Origin: Myxococcota bacterium
Lineage (GTDB): Bacteria > Myxococcota_A > Polyangia > Polyangiales > Houyiibacteriaceae
DNA length: 63,069 nucleotides
Assembly (NCBI GenBank): GCA_039030515.1
Contig: JBCCEA010000024.1
Span: 1-63,069, forward strand
Direction of reading: 5' to 3'
Under the pieces are notes generated by a model. That model was not told the origin of the DNA, searched no databases, and saw only the letters and a list, made by a program, of their open reading frames with translations. The translations under genes were made by a program, and so were the position numbers. Positions 9,605 through 19,858 of this stretch are shown piece by piece (within the stretch, counting starts at the first letter, position 1; each line of letters begins with the position of its first letter).

Positions 9605-10450
9605 CAGGGCGGCTCGCATGATGTCCACAGGAGCCCCCTCCCCGCCAAACCAAGTCTCAAACGCGATCGCGCCCTGGTAGAGAAGCATCCCCAAGCCGTC
9701 TACGGTCTTGAGACCGAGACGGCGGGCAGCCGCAAGCACTTGAGTTTCTAGTGGTTCGTACACCAAATCGATGACGACCGCCGCTTGCGGCAGGTGATCG
9801 AGCGGCAGCGCATCCGCAAACGCTGCTGCTTCCTTCGGACCCTGCAAGGGTGCGCTGGTGGCCTGAACCAGTAGATCGCAGTGGGCCATGCAGGACTTGA
9901 GATCGAGCAAGGAAACCGGAGTTGGATCGATGGCCGATAGGGCTTGATAGTCTTGAAGCAGAGCTTGCGCCTGTTCCGGTCGCCTGGCGGCGATCTGCAC
10001 CGTTGCGGCCCCAGCTTCCGTAAGTCCAACTGCAGCAGCTCGAGCAGCTCCGCCCGCACCGATCACCACAACTCTGGCGCCTTCGATCGCGACCTCGGCG
10101 CGCTCCAGCGCTCGGACAAGTCCGCGGGCGTCTGTGTTGGTGCCCACAAGCCGGTCTCTGTCGCGAAAGATGGTATTGACGGCTCCGATGCGGGTGGCGA
10201 TCGCATCTACTTCGTCGAGCAGCGAACGTACCGTTTCCTTATGCGGTACCGTCACGTTGACTCCGTGGATGCCAAGGGCACGAAGACCCCGCATCGCTTC
10301 AGTCAGCGACTCAGCGGCCACCTCGAAGCGACCGTAGAAGCCTTCGATGCCTTTCGCCTGAAGCGCAGCATTGTGCATGGCTGGAGATCTACTGTGCGCC
10401 ACGGGACATCCCAGGACGCCGAGCAAGAACTCTGTTTTGTGGGTACTCAT
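9593..10450 (-). CDS. aroE: Shikimate dehydrogenase
   Basis: HSRSPAMH, NVTVPHK, GAVNT, NTD, GAGGAARA, DGLGML. Confidence 0.95.
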   Translation of the reverse strand: MSTHKTEFLLGVLGCPVAHSRSPAMHNAALQAKGIEGFYGRFEVAAESLTEAMRGLRALGIHGVNVTVPHKETVRSLLDEVDAIATRIGAVNTIFRDRDRLVGTNTDARGLVRALERAEVAIEGARVVVIGAGGAARAAAVGLTEAGAATVQIAARRPEQAQALLQDYQALSAIDPTPVSLLDLKSCMAHCDLLVQATSAPLQGPKEAAAFADALPLDHLPQAAVVIDLVYEPLETQVLAAARRLGLKTVDGLGMLLYQGAIAFETWFGGEGAPVDIMRAALQRG

Positions 10451-10459
10451 GGGGTCGCC

Positions 10460-11875
10460 TCATTCGTGGTGGATCGTCTCCACCCGCGTATTCAATGTGC
10501 CGCTTGCCAGACGAATCTGCATACCGTCGCCTTGGTCTACCTGACGTGAGCTGAGGATGGCTCTTCCGGTGTCCTCATGCAGCGCGATCGCGTATCCCCG
10601 AGCAAGCACCTTGAGCGGAGACATCGCGTCGAGCCTTGCGGTGAGTTCGGTGAGACGACTGCGCCTGTGTGCGAGCACGATCCGAATCGACTGCAGCCGC
10701 TGCGCTGACTCCGCCATCCGCCGCGCCCAGTGGACCAGCTGAACCGGAATCGTTGCACGAAGCCTTGACTCGAAGATCTGCATCCGTTTGCGATCTTCGA
10801 GCAATTTGCTCCGCGGGGCGTGCTGACGGAGTCGAATCTCAAGACGGCCAAAGACTTCTTTTTTTTCGGCAACCGATCCCTGAGCGCATCGAGCCAGCCG
10901 CGATCGCAATTCAGCGACCGATCGACGAGAACGTTCGATGCGCCGCCTCGGATCGGAAAGTGCGTACTGCGCGCGCTCGATTTTGACGCGTGCTCCCTCG
11001 ATTCGGTGTTCCATCGCACGCTCGAGATTTCGCGCGCCACTGCGGAGCTGCATCTGCAGGGTGTCCATCTCAGGTGTGATGCGCTCAGCCGCATTTGAGG
11101 GGGTCGCCGCACGCGCATCGGCAACCAGATCGACCATGGTGGTGTCGGTTTCGTGTCCAACCCCGGTGATCACGGGCGCCGGAAACGCAGCGACGGCCCG
11201 CGCCACATATTCATCGTTGAAGGCCGCTAGATCTTCCAAACTACCGCCTCCGCGGGTAAGGAGAACCACGTCGAGATCACCCAACTGGGCAAGCCGCTCG
11301 AGCGCTTCCAAAATCGAACGCACCGCCTGGGCTCCCTGCACCTGACAGGGAGAGATGAGCCAAGTGAGGGAAGCTCGTGCTCTTCCTACCCTCAGGACAT
11401 CGCGCAGAGCGGCTCCTTCCCGACTGGTCACAACCCCGACTCGTCGGGGCAGGAGCGGCAGCGGCCGCTTGCGCTTATCGTCAAATAGCCCCTCAGTTTT
11501 CAGCTTCTTCGCGAGGGCACGTAGGGTACGCCTGAGTTCCCCATCACCCGAAGGAAGCGCGGTGCGTGCCTGTAGCTGGTAGGTCCCGCGGGCTTCGAAA
11601 AGTGTGAGTGGCCCGCGGACCTGAATACGGGCACCTCGCTCGAGCTTGGCTCGAGTTTTCGATGCATCGCCGCGAAACATGACCACCCTCAACTGGGCAG
11701 CTTCCGTTTCGTCATTGAGCGTAAAGTACACATGCCCTGAACCTGAGCGGGAGCAATCACCGATTTCGCCCTCTACCCAAATGCTTCCGTAGCGATCTTC
11801 CAGATGTAGACGAACATCGCGGTTGAGTTCCGAGACCCGAAGCGGTCGGTCGTGCTCTGCTTTTGCACTCGACAT
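10460..11875 (-). CDS. xseA: Exodeoxyribonuclease VII large subunit
   Basis: VSELN, VEGEI, SGHVYF, RGGGSLEDL, GHETD, TPSNAAE, SPLKVLARGY; start placed at ATG 11875. Confidence 0.93.
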   Translation of the reverse strand: MSSAKAEHDRPLRVSELNRDVRLHLEDRYGSIWVEGEIGDCSRSGSGHVYFTLNDETEAAQLRVVMFRGDASKTRAKLERGARIQVRGPLTLFEARGTYQLQARTALPSGDGELRRTLRALAKKLKTEGLFDDKRKRPLPLLPRRVGVVTSREGAALRDVLRVGRARASLTWLISPCQVQGAQAVRSILEALERLAQLGDLDVVLLTRGGGSLEDLAAFNDEYVARAVAAFPAPVITGVGHETDTTMVDLVADARAATPSNAAERITPEMDTLQMQLRSGARNLERAMEHRIEGARVKIERAQYALSDPRRRIERSRRSVAELRSRLARCAQGSVAEKKEVFGRLEIRLRQHAPRSKLLEDRKRMQIFESRLRATIPVQLVHWARRMAESAQRLQSIRIVLAHRRSRLTELTARLDAMSPLKVLARGYAIALHEDTGRAILSSRQVDQGDGMQIRLASGTLNTRVETIHHE

Positions 11876-11904
11876 TCGCCAGACCGTACGCGATCTAGCC
11901 TGCA

Positions 11905-12783
11905 ATGCATCCACCGTCGTCAACGTGGGCTGTTGTGGGGCTGGGTTCCAATCAGGGTTCCAAGACTCGATTTCTCTTGGCAGCCTCTGCTCTGCTTCGA
12001 GCAAAAGAGGTAGGGACCATCACGCAGACGTCCGAAATCTACGATACCGAACCACTCGGTCCTTCGAACCAAAACCATGCAAATGCTGCGATACGGATTC
12101 ATACCGAACGCTCACCGGAAGAACTGATGCACAGCCTATTTGAGATCGAGTGCGAGTTGTTTCGCGAGCGGGGGCAGCGATGGTCCGCGCGAACGCTGGA
12201 TGCAGATTTACTATGGTTTGAAGGAGCACACATCGAGCGAGAGGAGCTCACCGTGCCGCACCGAGAGCTGCAGAATCGAACGTTTGCACTGGCGCCTCTG
12301 CTCGACGTCGCTCCGGAGCTGGAGTCGGAACTCGGCCCGGTACTCGCTGCGCACGGAGGACGGCCTCCGAAAAAACTACCGGTGCATGTTGAGGTCTGCG
12401 GTCGTGAGCTTGTGGCCCGCGGCGGAGAGCGCCTGGATGTTCTCGCCACCGGCATGCTTGCCCTAGCGCAACGTTTTTTTCCGCTGAAGCGTGCACCGAG
12501 TGACTCTGCGATCGAGTGCCGCAGGGAAGATCAAGCGGCTCCGCCGGTTGTCGTGCCGCTTCGTTCGACCACCCAAGCGGGTCTAGTCGACGCCCTGATT
12601 GAGACACTGCACTCAGGTCTACGCGTTGAGGAGCTCGCGCTACAGACGAGCTCACTTGGAGTGGTGATAGGTCGAGCGGGCGCTCCTATCGGTGGTCGCA
12701 AGCTTGGGGAAAGGGTCGTCCTTCATGAGCGCCCTACCCCGGATGGCTTTGCGGCCTGTTTCCGAGGGATCCCAGAGATTTAA
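11905..12783 (+). CDS. folK: HPPK (FolK) with about 130-aa C-terminal extension
   Basis: VGLGSNQG, YDTEP, RTLDADLL, LTVPH, RTFALAPL. Confidence 0.85.
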   Translation: MHPPSSTWAVVGLGSNQGSKTRFLLAASALLRAKEVGTITQTSEIYDTEPLGPSNQNHANAAIRIHTERSPEELMHSLFEIECELFRERGQRWSARTLDADLLWFEGAHIEREELTVPHRELQNRTFALAPLLDVAPELESELGPVLAAHGGRPPKKLPVHVEVCGRELVARGGERLDVLATGMLALAQRFFPLKRAPSDSAIECRREDQAAPPVVVPLRSTTQAGLVDALIETLHSGLRVEELALQTSSLGVVIGRAGAPIGGRKLGERVVLHERPTPDGFAACFRGIPEI

Positions 12784-12989
12784 TCGCCAAGCCCAGCGCC
12801 GGTTTGCTAAAACCATTGGGACCAAGCGAAGAGACGCGCAATCTACAGTTCGGACCCGATAGCAAAGCCATTTGAGCCGGGCAATTGCCAAGATTATTGA
12901 GCAATCCCTGCGCCAGGGTGTAGCATCGCGAGAGGCGTCGAGAGGTTTTTGCGATACGGCTTTAGGAAGCTGCTTTAGGGGACAGTTGA

Positions 12990-15080
12990 ATGGCGGACAC
13001 GCGAAAACATAAGCGCGCCCCGGTTTCGATGAGGGTACGTTTTAAGAGCGCCACCGTCGACGAGTTCATAGAGCAATACAGCACCGACATCAGTCGCGGA
13101 GGCATCTTCATCAAGTCGAAAAGCCCGATGTCGGTCGGTACGCTGCTCAAGTTTGAATTTCAGCTCAAAGATCAGTCTCGACTCATCCACGGCGTAGGAC
13201 GGGTCGTTTGGCAACGTGACCCCTCCGGCTCGACCGAGGCCCTGCCTCCGGGGATGGGGATCAAATTTATCAAAATGGACCCGGAAAGCCGGGGTCTCGT
13301 GCAGCAGATCGTCGACCAGAGAGGGGACAGTCCCGGCTCTTTTGAGGAGGGCACCGAAAAGAGTTCCTCTTCGGGTAGCTTCTTTCCTGAGAGCGCACCT
13401 GCCGTGCAGCCGGCGCCAGAAGATCGCACCGCGGTCCGGCACGCCAGTGAATTTTTGCAGTCAGCGCTGGGTGAGCTGGAGCCAGTCAAACCGCCCACCA
13501 CGGCAGGGTCCGGGGCATTTGGCCAACCGGGGCAGCCAAAGTCCAACGCGACTGCGACCAGCCAGCAGTATCTGCAGCGAATGCCGGTGGGGATCGCACC
13601 GCCGAGTCGGCATCAAAAAGCAAGTGCGGAGCCCGTCGATACAGAAAGGGCCAGCTCGGAGAAGACCAGCTCGGAAAAGACTGCTTCATACCGAACGACC
13701 CCGCCCACCTGGGGTCAACCCGACGCAACGCCACCGACTCAAACTGCAGCAGAAAAAGAACCCGATCTGTTCGAGCCCCCACAAGCAGTGCAGCCACTCG
13801 ACGATGAGCTATTCGACCCGGAGCCACGTTCCCCCTCCATCGCGCCGCTCGGATCCCTATCGCTTCCTCCGTCTGCGACGCGTAGCTCCAACGCACCACC
13901 TCCCACTGAAGACGCTGCGATCGAGGACGACATCGCGGACGAGCTCGCTTCGATATTGCCGGGCCGGTCACGACGCGCGGGCCGATGGCTTTTTCCGCTG
14001 GTCAGTGTCGTCGCTGCGGCAGCGGTGATCGGCTATCTGGTATCGGACTCTGAGGGGGGGACGTTTTCTAAATTCAACGCGTTGATCCCCGATGTGGAAG
14101 AACCTTCGGGAGCGACTTCCCCGCTCGAGCGGGCAGAAGTGTCTGAGTCGGCGGAAGCTCTTAACGGGCAGGCAACCGCCGCAGAAGACGACGAGTCATC
14201 TCCGGACACGAGTAGCGCCGATGAAGCCACCGCGGACATGGATCAGCGCGGGAGCGACCCAGTGCAAGACGGCGCGCGCTACGGAGTGGAGGAACCGACC
14301 TTCCAGCAAAATGCACTGCCCGCTGAAGCGCCGACGCCGCCGGATCTTGAGCCCGATTCCCAGGTTGACGTACGGGTCACGGTCAATGTCGGAGGCGCGG
14401 AGATTCTCGTCGGGGGCGTAGTCCAGACGCATCTACCCGGCACGGTCGCACTGCCGATCGGCAAGGAGATCGAGATCTCTGTACGCGCCCCCGGTTATCG
14501 CACGATTTCAAGGTCGGTCATCGCCACCTCCCGACAGCCCGCGCTGCGATTCAGACTGGAGCAACTCAGGTACGTGTTGCGCGTACACACCAAACCCGAC
14601 AACGCGCAGGTTCAGGTGGACGGTCGAATGCTCCGCGGAGGGCAAATCCAGTTTCGGTTATCGCGACGTCGCGCCGCCCGCGGTCAAGTTTCATTGGTGG
14701 CCATGGCGCCCGGCTTTCGTCGTCTCTCGGAATCGATCCCGCTCACGTCTTTTGTCGACGACGGCACGGCAATGCAGCACTCGATAAGTCTGGAACTCAC
14801 ACCCGCCCAGCCGCGCCGTGCCGCCGGCCCGATGACGGCTGCACCAAGAGTCGAACCTGCGGAATCGACGAACGGCGGGTCGGCGACTAGCGCGTCCCGT
14901 GATAACCGGCCGACCTCGAGAGAATCCCCGGCAACTGCTGCGCCAAGCAAATCACCCCCTGCGGCAACCTCGCAGCCGGCGCGCCCAACGCGCGAACCGT
15001 CTTCTGACGCGCCCGCCGCAGACCCCTCAGATCGCGAGCCGCCGATCAATCCATTTGAGCCACCGGCGAACCCATTCTGA
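12990..15080 (+). CDS. TIGR02266-type (PilZ-like) membrane protein with PEGA-like region and Pro-rich linkers
   Basis: RKHKRAP, DISRGGIFIKS, GRVVW, PGMGIKF; one TM segment (WLFPLVSVVAAAAVIGYLV). Confidence 0.8.
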   Translation: MADTRKHKRAPVSMRVRFKSATVDEFIEQYSTDISRGGIFIKSKSPMSVGTLLKFEFQLKDQSRLIHGVGRVVWQRDPSGSTEALPPGMGIKFIKMDPESRGLVQQIVDQRGDSPGSFEEGTEKSSSSGSFFPESAPAVQPAPEDRTAVRHASEFLQSALGELEPVKPPTTAGSGAFGQPGQPKSNATATSQQYLQRMPVGIAPPSRHQKASAEPVDTERASSEKTSSEKTASYRTTPPTWGQPDATPPTQTAAEKEPDLFEPPQAVQPLDDELFDPEPRSPSIAPLGSLSLPPSATRSSNAPPPTEDAAIEDDIADELASILPGRSRRAGRWLFPLVSVVAAAAVIGYLVSDSEGGTFSKFNALIPDVEEPSGATSPLERAEVSESAEALNGQATAAEDDESSPDTSSADEATADMDQRGSDPVQDGARYGVEEPTFQQNALPAEAPTPPDLEPDSQVDVRVTVNVGGAEILVGGVVQTHLPGTVALPIGKEIEISVRAPGYRTISRSVIATSRQPALRFRLEQLRYVLRVHTKPDNAQVQVDGRMLRGGQIQFRLSRRRAARGQVSLVAMAPGFRRLSESIPLTSFVDDGTAMQHSISLELTPAQPRRAAGPMTAAPRVEPAESTNGGSATSASRDNRPTSRESPATAAPSKSPPAATSQPARPTREPSSDAPAADPSDREPPINPFEPPANPF

Positions 15081-15142
15081 AACCGAGTGCCCGCGAAGAC
15101 AGGCGTGAAAGGGTAGATGGATGCTCCAAGCGCCGCGTACGT

Positions 15143-15856
15143 TTAGGCCAACCAGGACGTGCCGCGGCTCGAGCCTCTTCGGTTTCGGGGAGGACGACCC
15201 TTTCGCAAAAGCGTGATCAAGGCGAATCCCGCCACAAAACCGCCTATGTGCGCAAACCAAGCGACGCCGCCCCCAACGCCTCCCAAGGAGGACCATCCGG
15301 AAAACACCTGGATGGCAAACCAGACGAAGATAAAAATGTAGGCGGGTAGTTCTACGAACTGAAGGAAGATGAAGATCGGAACCAGAGTTAGCACGCGTGC
15401 ATGAGGATAGAGTCGTACGTAACCAGCAAGCACACCGCTCACAGCACCTGAAGCGCCGATCATAGGTATTTGACTACTTGGGTCGACCACGATTTGGCCC
15501 AATGCCGCTGCCAAGCCGGACAGTAGATAGAAGAGGACAAAACGCTTGCGTCCGAGCGCTTCTTCTACGTTGTCGCCAAAAACGTGAAGAAACCACATGT
15601 TCCCGAGAATGTGCATCCATCCTCCGTGAAGGAACATGCTGGTCAGCGGCGTGATGTACGCGCCGAGAGTCACCGCCTCGGGCGCGACCGACCCAGACAG
15701 AACCGCCGGAATCACCCCAAAACGCAGATGAAGCATGCGACCAAACGCCTCACCAAACACGAGTTGCGCTGCAAAAACACCGACGTTGGCCCCGATGAAG
15801 ATGTAGGTTACCCAGGGCTTGCTGCGCGTAGGATTGATATCTCTGAGAGGAATCAC
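15143..15856 (-). CDS. Rhomboid intramembrane serine protease
   Basis: IPLRD start, FLHGGWMHILGNM, GASGAVSG, AHIGGF. Confidence 0.92.
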   Translation of the reverse strand: MIPLRDINPTRSKPWVTYIFIGANVGVFAAQLVFGEAFGRMLHLRFGVIPAVLSGSVAPEAVTLGAYITPLTSMFLHGGWMHILGNMWFLHVFGDNVEEALGRKRFVLFYLLSGLAAALGQIVVDPSSQIPMIGASGAVSGVLAGYVRLYPHARVLTLVPIFIFLQFVELPAYIFIFVWFAIQVFSGWSSLGGVGGGVAWFAHIGGFVAGFALITLLRKGRPPRNRRGSSRGTSWLA

Positions 15857-15981
15857 TGAGAGAGCGTAGGCGCTGAAACGATGTAATGCGAACGTATTTG
15901 CGGGCGACACATCCTCCTATCAGCGACTCGGCTCCTGAATCAGACCACGCGAACTCGACCGCGTCTTGATCGGTTTGTGGT

Positions 15982-17961
15982 ATGCCGACTAGCGTTTTGG
16001 ATGCATATCGTTATTTCGGACCGGAGGGCGTCCTCTCGAATGCCCTAAGCGGTTTTTCTTTTCGATCGTCTCAAATGCAGATGGCCCAGGCCGTCGACAA
16101 CGTGCTGCACCGCGATGGAATACTGCTCGCAGAAGCGGGAACCGGAACCGGCAAGACGCTTGCATACCTGCTGCCCGCGCTGCTCAGCGAACGCAAACTC
16201 GTCATCTCCACCGGAACCAAAACACTGCAGGATCAGATCGTGAAGCGTGAGATCCCGGCGCTAACCGAAGCGATTGGGGTTCATCCTAAGGTCGAGTGCA
16301 TGAAGGGTTTGTCCAACTACGTATGCCGGCGGCGATTCCATGAGCTGCAAGTCTCAACGGCGCGTCCGCGATCGCCCAATCTGCCTCTATTGGAGCATTT
16401 TGTAGCGCACACGTTGATCGGGGATCGTGCCGAGCTCGCGCATATTCCGGAGGAAGATCCAACCTGGCTCGAGATTCAAAGCGGGTCGGATACGCGCATC
16501 GGTCCTCGCTGTGATTTTTTTGAACCGTGCTTCGTCACGCGAATGAGGCAACGAGCCGAAGATGCACAACTTATCGTGGTAAACCACCATCTGTTTTTTG
16601 CCGATCTAGCGATGAAAGCGACGCGCAAACCGGGTGTTCTACCGGAATTTGAAGCGGTTATTTTCGACGAGGCCCATCAACTTGAGGACGTGGCGACCCA
16701 GTTCTTTGGCGTGCAGCTTTCGGCCAGCCGGATGGAACGCCTGGTGCGTGACGCCGAACGCTCGTACGCCGCAGCCGACCTCGTGCAAGAAAGTGCACCC
16801 GCTCTAAAAAACTTATTGGCCCGCACGTCAGACTTCTTTGCACTCTTGGGCGCTCAAGTGCGCAGTGCCACCCCGAATGCTCGAGTCAGCCTTCCACCTG
16901 AAGCGCTCACAACTGAGGTAAAATCAGCATTTTTCGAGCTCGACACCGCACTCACCTTGCTCGTGGAACGAAGCCGAAAGCATGCCTCCAAGTCTGAGTC
17001 GATCGCCGGGATCGCGAAGCGCACCGCAGCTCTGCGAGAGGATTTGAGCAGAATCATCGACTGTCTCGGCTCAGACTACGTCGCCTGGGTCAAGTGGAAG
17101 GGGCGCCGATGTACGATCGGGGCAAGTCCCGTCGACGTGAGCGGTACCCTTCGCGACGAGCTCTTCCATCGCGCCCGAGCTGTCGTCTTGACGAGCGCGA
17201 CTCTTTCAACGTCAGGGCGATTTGACTTTATTCGCGGGCGCCTCGGCCTTGCTGACGAGGATGTAGCGGAGTTCATGGCGCCTTCGCCTTTCGACTACCC
17301 ACGCCAAGCAGGACTTTACGTTGCAGGTGAAATCCCCGACCCAAGAAGCACAGAATATGCGCGCATTGCGCTAAAAGAAATAGAGCGGTTGATTCGAATC
17401 GCAAAAGGGGGCGCCTTCGTGCTGTGTACGAGTACGCGAGCGATGGAGACTCTCGCAGTGGAGCTTCGCCTCATCCTCAATTCCGACTACAAGATACTGG
17501 TTCAAGGCGAGGAGTCGAAAAACACCCTCCTCGATCGGTTTCGGCAGGATGAAGGCTCTGTACTCGTTGGAACAGGCACCTTTTGGGAGGGTGTCGACGT
17601 GCCGGGAAACGCGCTTCGGTTGGTCATCCTCGATAAACTGCCCTTCGGAGTGCCGACCGATCCGCTGGTTGAAGCACGTTGTAGTCGACTTGCAGCACAA
17701 GGGCAGGCGCCGTTTATGAAGTATCTAGTGCCGACTGCAGCCCTCGCCCTGAAACAGGGTTTTGGTCGATTGATCCGTAGTGAATCCGATCGAGGTGTCG
17801 TCGCGATTCTCGACAGTCGGCTGGTCAAGAAAGGCTACGGTCGGTTGCTGCTTCGCAGTCTGCCGCGCGCGCGCAAATGCAGCACCCTCGATGAAGTGCA
17901 GTATTTCTTTCGGCACATGCAGGATGACTCCGTCGATCGAGAGGGATCTACGCCGCTGTAG
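15982..17961 (+). CDS. DinG/YoaA family ATP-dependent DNA helicase
   Basis: AGTGTGKT, Fe-S Cys residues, DEAH, TSATL, WEGVD, QGFGRLIR. Confidence 0.93.
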   Translation: MPTSVLDAYRYFGPEGVLSNALSGFSFRSSQMQMAQAVDNVLHRDGILLAEAGTGTGKTLAYLLPALLSERKLVISTGTKTLQDQIVKREIPALTEAIGVHPKVECMKGLSNYVCRRRFHELQVSTARPRSPNLPLLEHFVAHTLIGDRAELAHIPEEDPTWLEIQSGSDTRIGPRCDFFEPCFVTRMRQRAEDAQLIVVNHHLFFADLAMKATRKPGVLPEFEAVIFDEAHQLEDVATQFFGVQLSASRMERLVRDAERSYAAADLVQESAPALKNLLARTSDFFALLGAQVRSATPNARVSLPPEALTTEVKSAFFELDTALTLLVERSRKHASKSESIAGIAKRTAALREDLSRIIDCLGSDYVAWVKWKGRRCTIGASPVDVSGTLRDELFHRARAVVLTSATLSTSGRFDFIRGRLGLADEDVAEFMAPSPFDYPRQAGLYVAGEIPDPRSTEYARIALKEIERLIRIAKGGAFVLCTSTRAMETLAVELRLILNSDYKILVQGEESKNTLLDRFRQDEGSVLVGTGTFWEGVDVPGNALRLVILDKLPFGVPTDPLVEARCSRLAAQGQAPFMKYLVPTAALALKQGFGRLIRSESDRGVVAILDSRLVKKGYGRLLLRSLPRARKCSTLDEVQYFFRHMQDDSVDREGSTPL

Positions 17962-19057
17962 ATTGAAGGCATAGCGAACCAAAATCCCCGGGGTCAAACG
18001 TCACGCTGGGCCGGACCCCAGGTGCGATCAGGGTGGGCGTAAGCTCGCTCGAAGGAAACATCTGTGGAAACGCAGGTGCGCTCGGCAGGCGATCGACAAG
18101 CGTGCTCTCGAGGATCATCGAGTTGTACTGGTCGGCGGTGCTTTCGGCAGTGTTTGCGTTGAGCACCACTTTAACCCCAAAGTCTCGCGCAAACCGGCGC
18201 AAACCGGGCAGTCTTGATTCGTAAGGGGCCCAGCTATCACAAGAGACGCCGTTTTCTGAACACCCGAAGACGCCGTCCGCTCCGTGAACAAAGAGCGTTT
18301 GATTGCCGCGGGTGTGACCCGGCGTGCGCACCAGCATGCAGCCGTCCCCAAGCTGAAGATCGGCGTCGGTGAACACAACGCGATCGGTGCGGACAGAACG
18401 CTTGCCGTTTCGAACGAACCACGGACGCTGTAACGGATGCAAATCGTCCCAGTCTTCCCAGTCGCATTTGGCAACCAGCAGGTGCGCGTTGGGAAACCGA
18501 CAGCGCTGGACCCGATCGCTTTCGCAGTCATCGAGTGTGCCGAGGAGCGGACGAAGGTCTTGGGCGTGCAGATGATCAAAAGCCACCAGATCGATATCTT
18601 CCGGCGCGATGCCGAGCGCTTGAAGTTGCGCTTCGACGGTGCCGTAGGAGGTCACCAAATGCTCCGCTTGTCGCTGCCCGATGCAGCTTTTCCATCTGCG
18701 AAAATAGGGAGTTTCCTTGGCGCATTCCCGGTCGGTTGGATTGAACAGCAGATTCCGGAGCGCGCCGTCAGCGTAGAACTGCACCAGAAGGCAGCGGTGA
18801 GTGAGGCAGACAAAGGGCAGCGGCAGGGCGAGTGCGCCTTGAAAAGCGAAACTCGCCGGGTAGATGATTCGGGAGATCGGCAAGGTGCGAACCGCGTGTA
18901 CCTTGGGGCCATTCGAGAGCTCCGCGCCGACTCGCTCCGCGGCTCTGCGTAGCGCACGCATCGCAGGCCCCTTGGCCGTTTGAGCTCGAGCTTGCTCGAA
19001 GTCGTGTCGAATCCGAACGAAAGGCAGGCGTTCATCCACCGAGGATGCATCGCTCAT
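17948..19057 (-). CDS. Metallo-beta-lactamase-fold protein
   Basis: IAPEDID..FDHLHAQD, FPNA, TPGHT. Confidence 0.7.
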   Translation of the reverse strand: MSDASSVDERLPFVRIRHDFEQARAQTAKGPAMRALRRAAERVGAELSNGPKVHAVRTLPISRIIYPASFAFQGALALPLPFVCLTHRCLLVQFYADGALRNLLFNPTDRECAKETPYFRRWKSCIGQRQAEHLVTSYGTVEAQLQALGIAPEDIDLVAFDHLHAQDLRPLLGTLDDCESDRVQRCRFPNAHLLVAKCDWEDWDDLHPLQRPWFVRNGKRSVRTDRVVFTDADLQLGDGCMLVRTPGHTRGNQTLFVHGADGVFGCSENGVSCDSWAPYESRLPGLRRFARDFGVKVVLNANTAESTADQYNSMILESTLVDRLPSAPAFPQMFPSSELTPTLIAPGVRPSVTFDPGDFGSLCLQSTAA

Positions 19058-19124
19058 TGGGTCACCCTTCGCCCGATTCGTCGATTTCCTCTGGACGCCA
19101 CTGTGCGGTCTACGGACTTGCTCC

Positions 19125-19586
19125 TCATCGTCGGGTACTTGAACCGTCCGCGGTGGCCCGGAGGTAGCTGCGCTTGAGTTCCTCGAAACTCCGCCCCGGT
19201 TGCACCTCAGACGAAACCGCTCGACCAGCGGTCAGCCAACCAGGTTCTAAGATCTGCCCGAACGCATCTTTACTTCCCCCGAACCCGGCTCGGTTCTCGG
19301 CGACAGTAAATCCTGCTTCCTCGAGCAGCTGGGCCGCGGACTGACTCCTTCTACCTGACTGACAACCCACGATCACCGGCGTTCCCAGGTCGAAGTTGGC
19401 TTGAACCGTGGCAACGAAGTCTGGATTGGCTGTAAGGCCGTCTGCGCCAGCGAGCTTTATCGGCACGTTGTATGCGCCTTGGGGATGACCCGCTTCAAAC
19501 TCAGGAGTCGTTCTCACGTCGAGATAAACCCAACCTGTTTCAAGACGCTGTTCACACTCCTCTACCGAAATACGCTCCGCAGCCAT
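19125..19586 (-). CDS. Rhodanese-like domain protein
   Basis: LDVRTTPEFEAGH, CQSGRRS. Confidence 0.9.
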   Translation of the reverse strand: MAAERISVEECEQRLETGWVYLDVRTTPEFEAGHPQGAYNVPIKLAGADGLTANPDFVATVQANFDLGTPVIVGCQSGRRSQSAAQLLEEAGFTVAENRAGFGGSKDAFGQILEPGWLTAGRAVSSEVQPGRSFEELKRSYLRATADGSSTRR

Positions 19587-19654
19587 GATTCCCCCTACTG
19601 GACGCTATTTTGTATACCGCAAACAAGTTTTTTTGCAGCTCCTCTCCATAGCGG

Positions 19655-19858
19655 CAAGCGGCTGTTTGGGCCGACTCAGCGTCCACACCCCAGGGGGTCT
19701 CGTTGGTTCAAACAGCCAGCGCCCCCCAGCGCGTCTCGATGGGTTTGAACGCCCAGCGCCCCGCACGCGCAGGAGCGAAGGCGTACTTTAAGTACGTTGA
19801 GCGACGAGCATGGGAGGTAAGCAGGCGTTCAGGCCTAGCGAGGCGTGCTGGGGGGGTC
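19655..19858. repeat. Modular intergenic repeat family A, locus 3
   Basis: gctgtttgggccgac, ttggttcaaacagccagcgccccc, gtactttaagtacgttgagcgacgagcatgggagg, ggcctagcgaggcgtgctgggggg. Confidence 0.9.
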
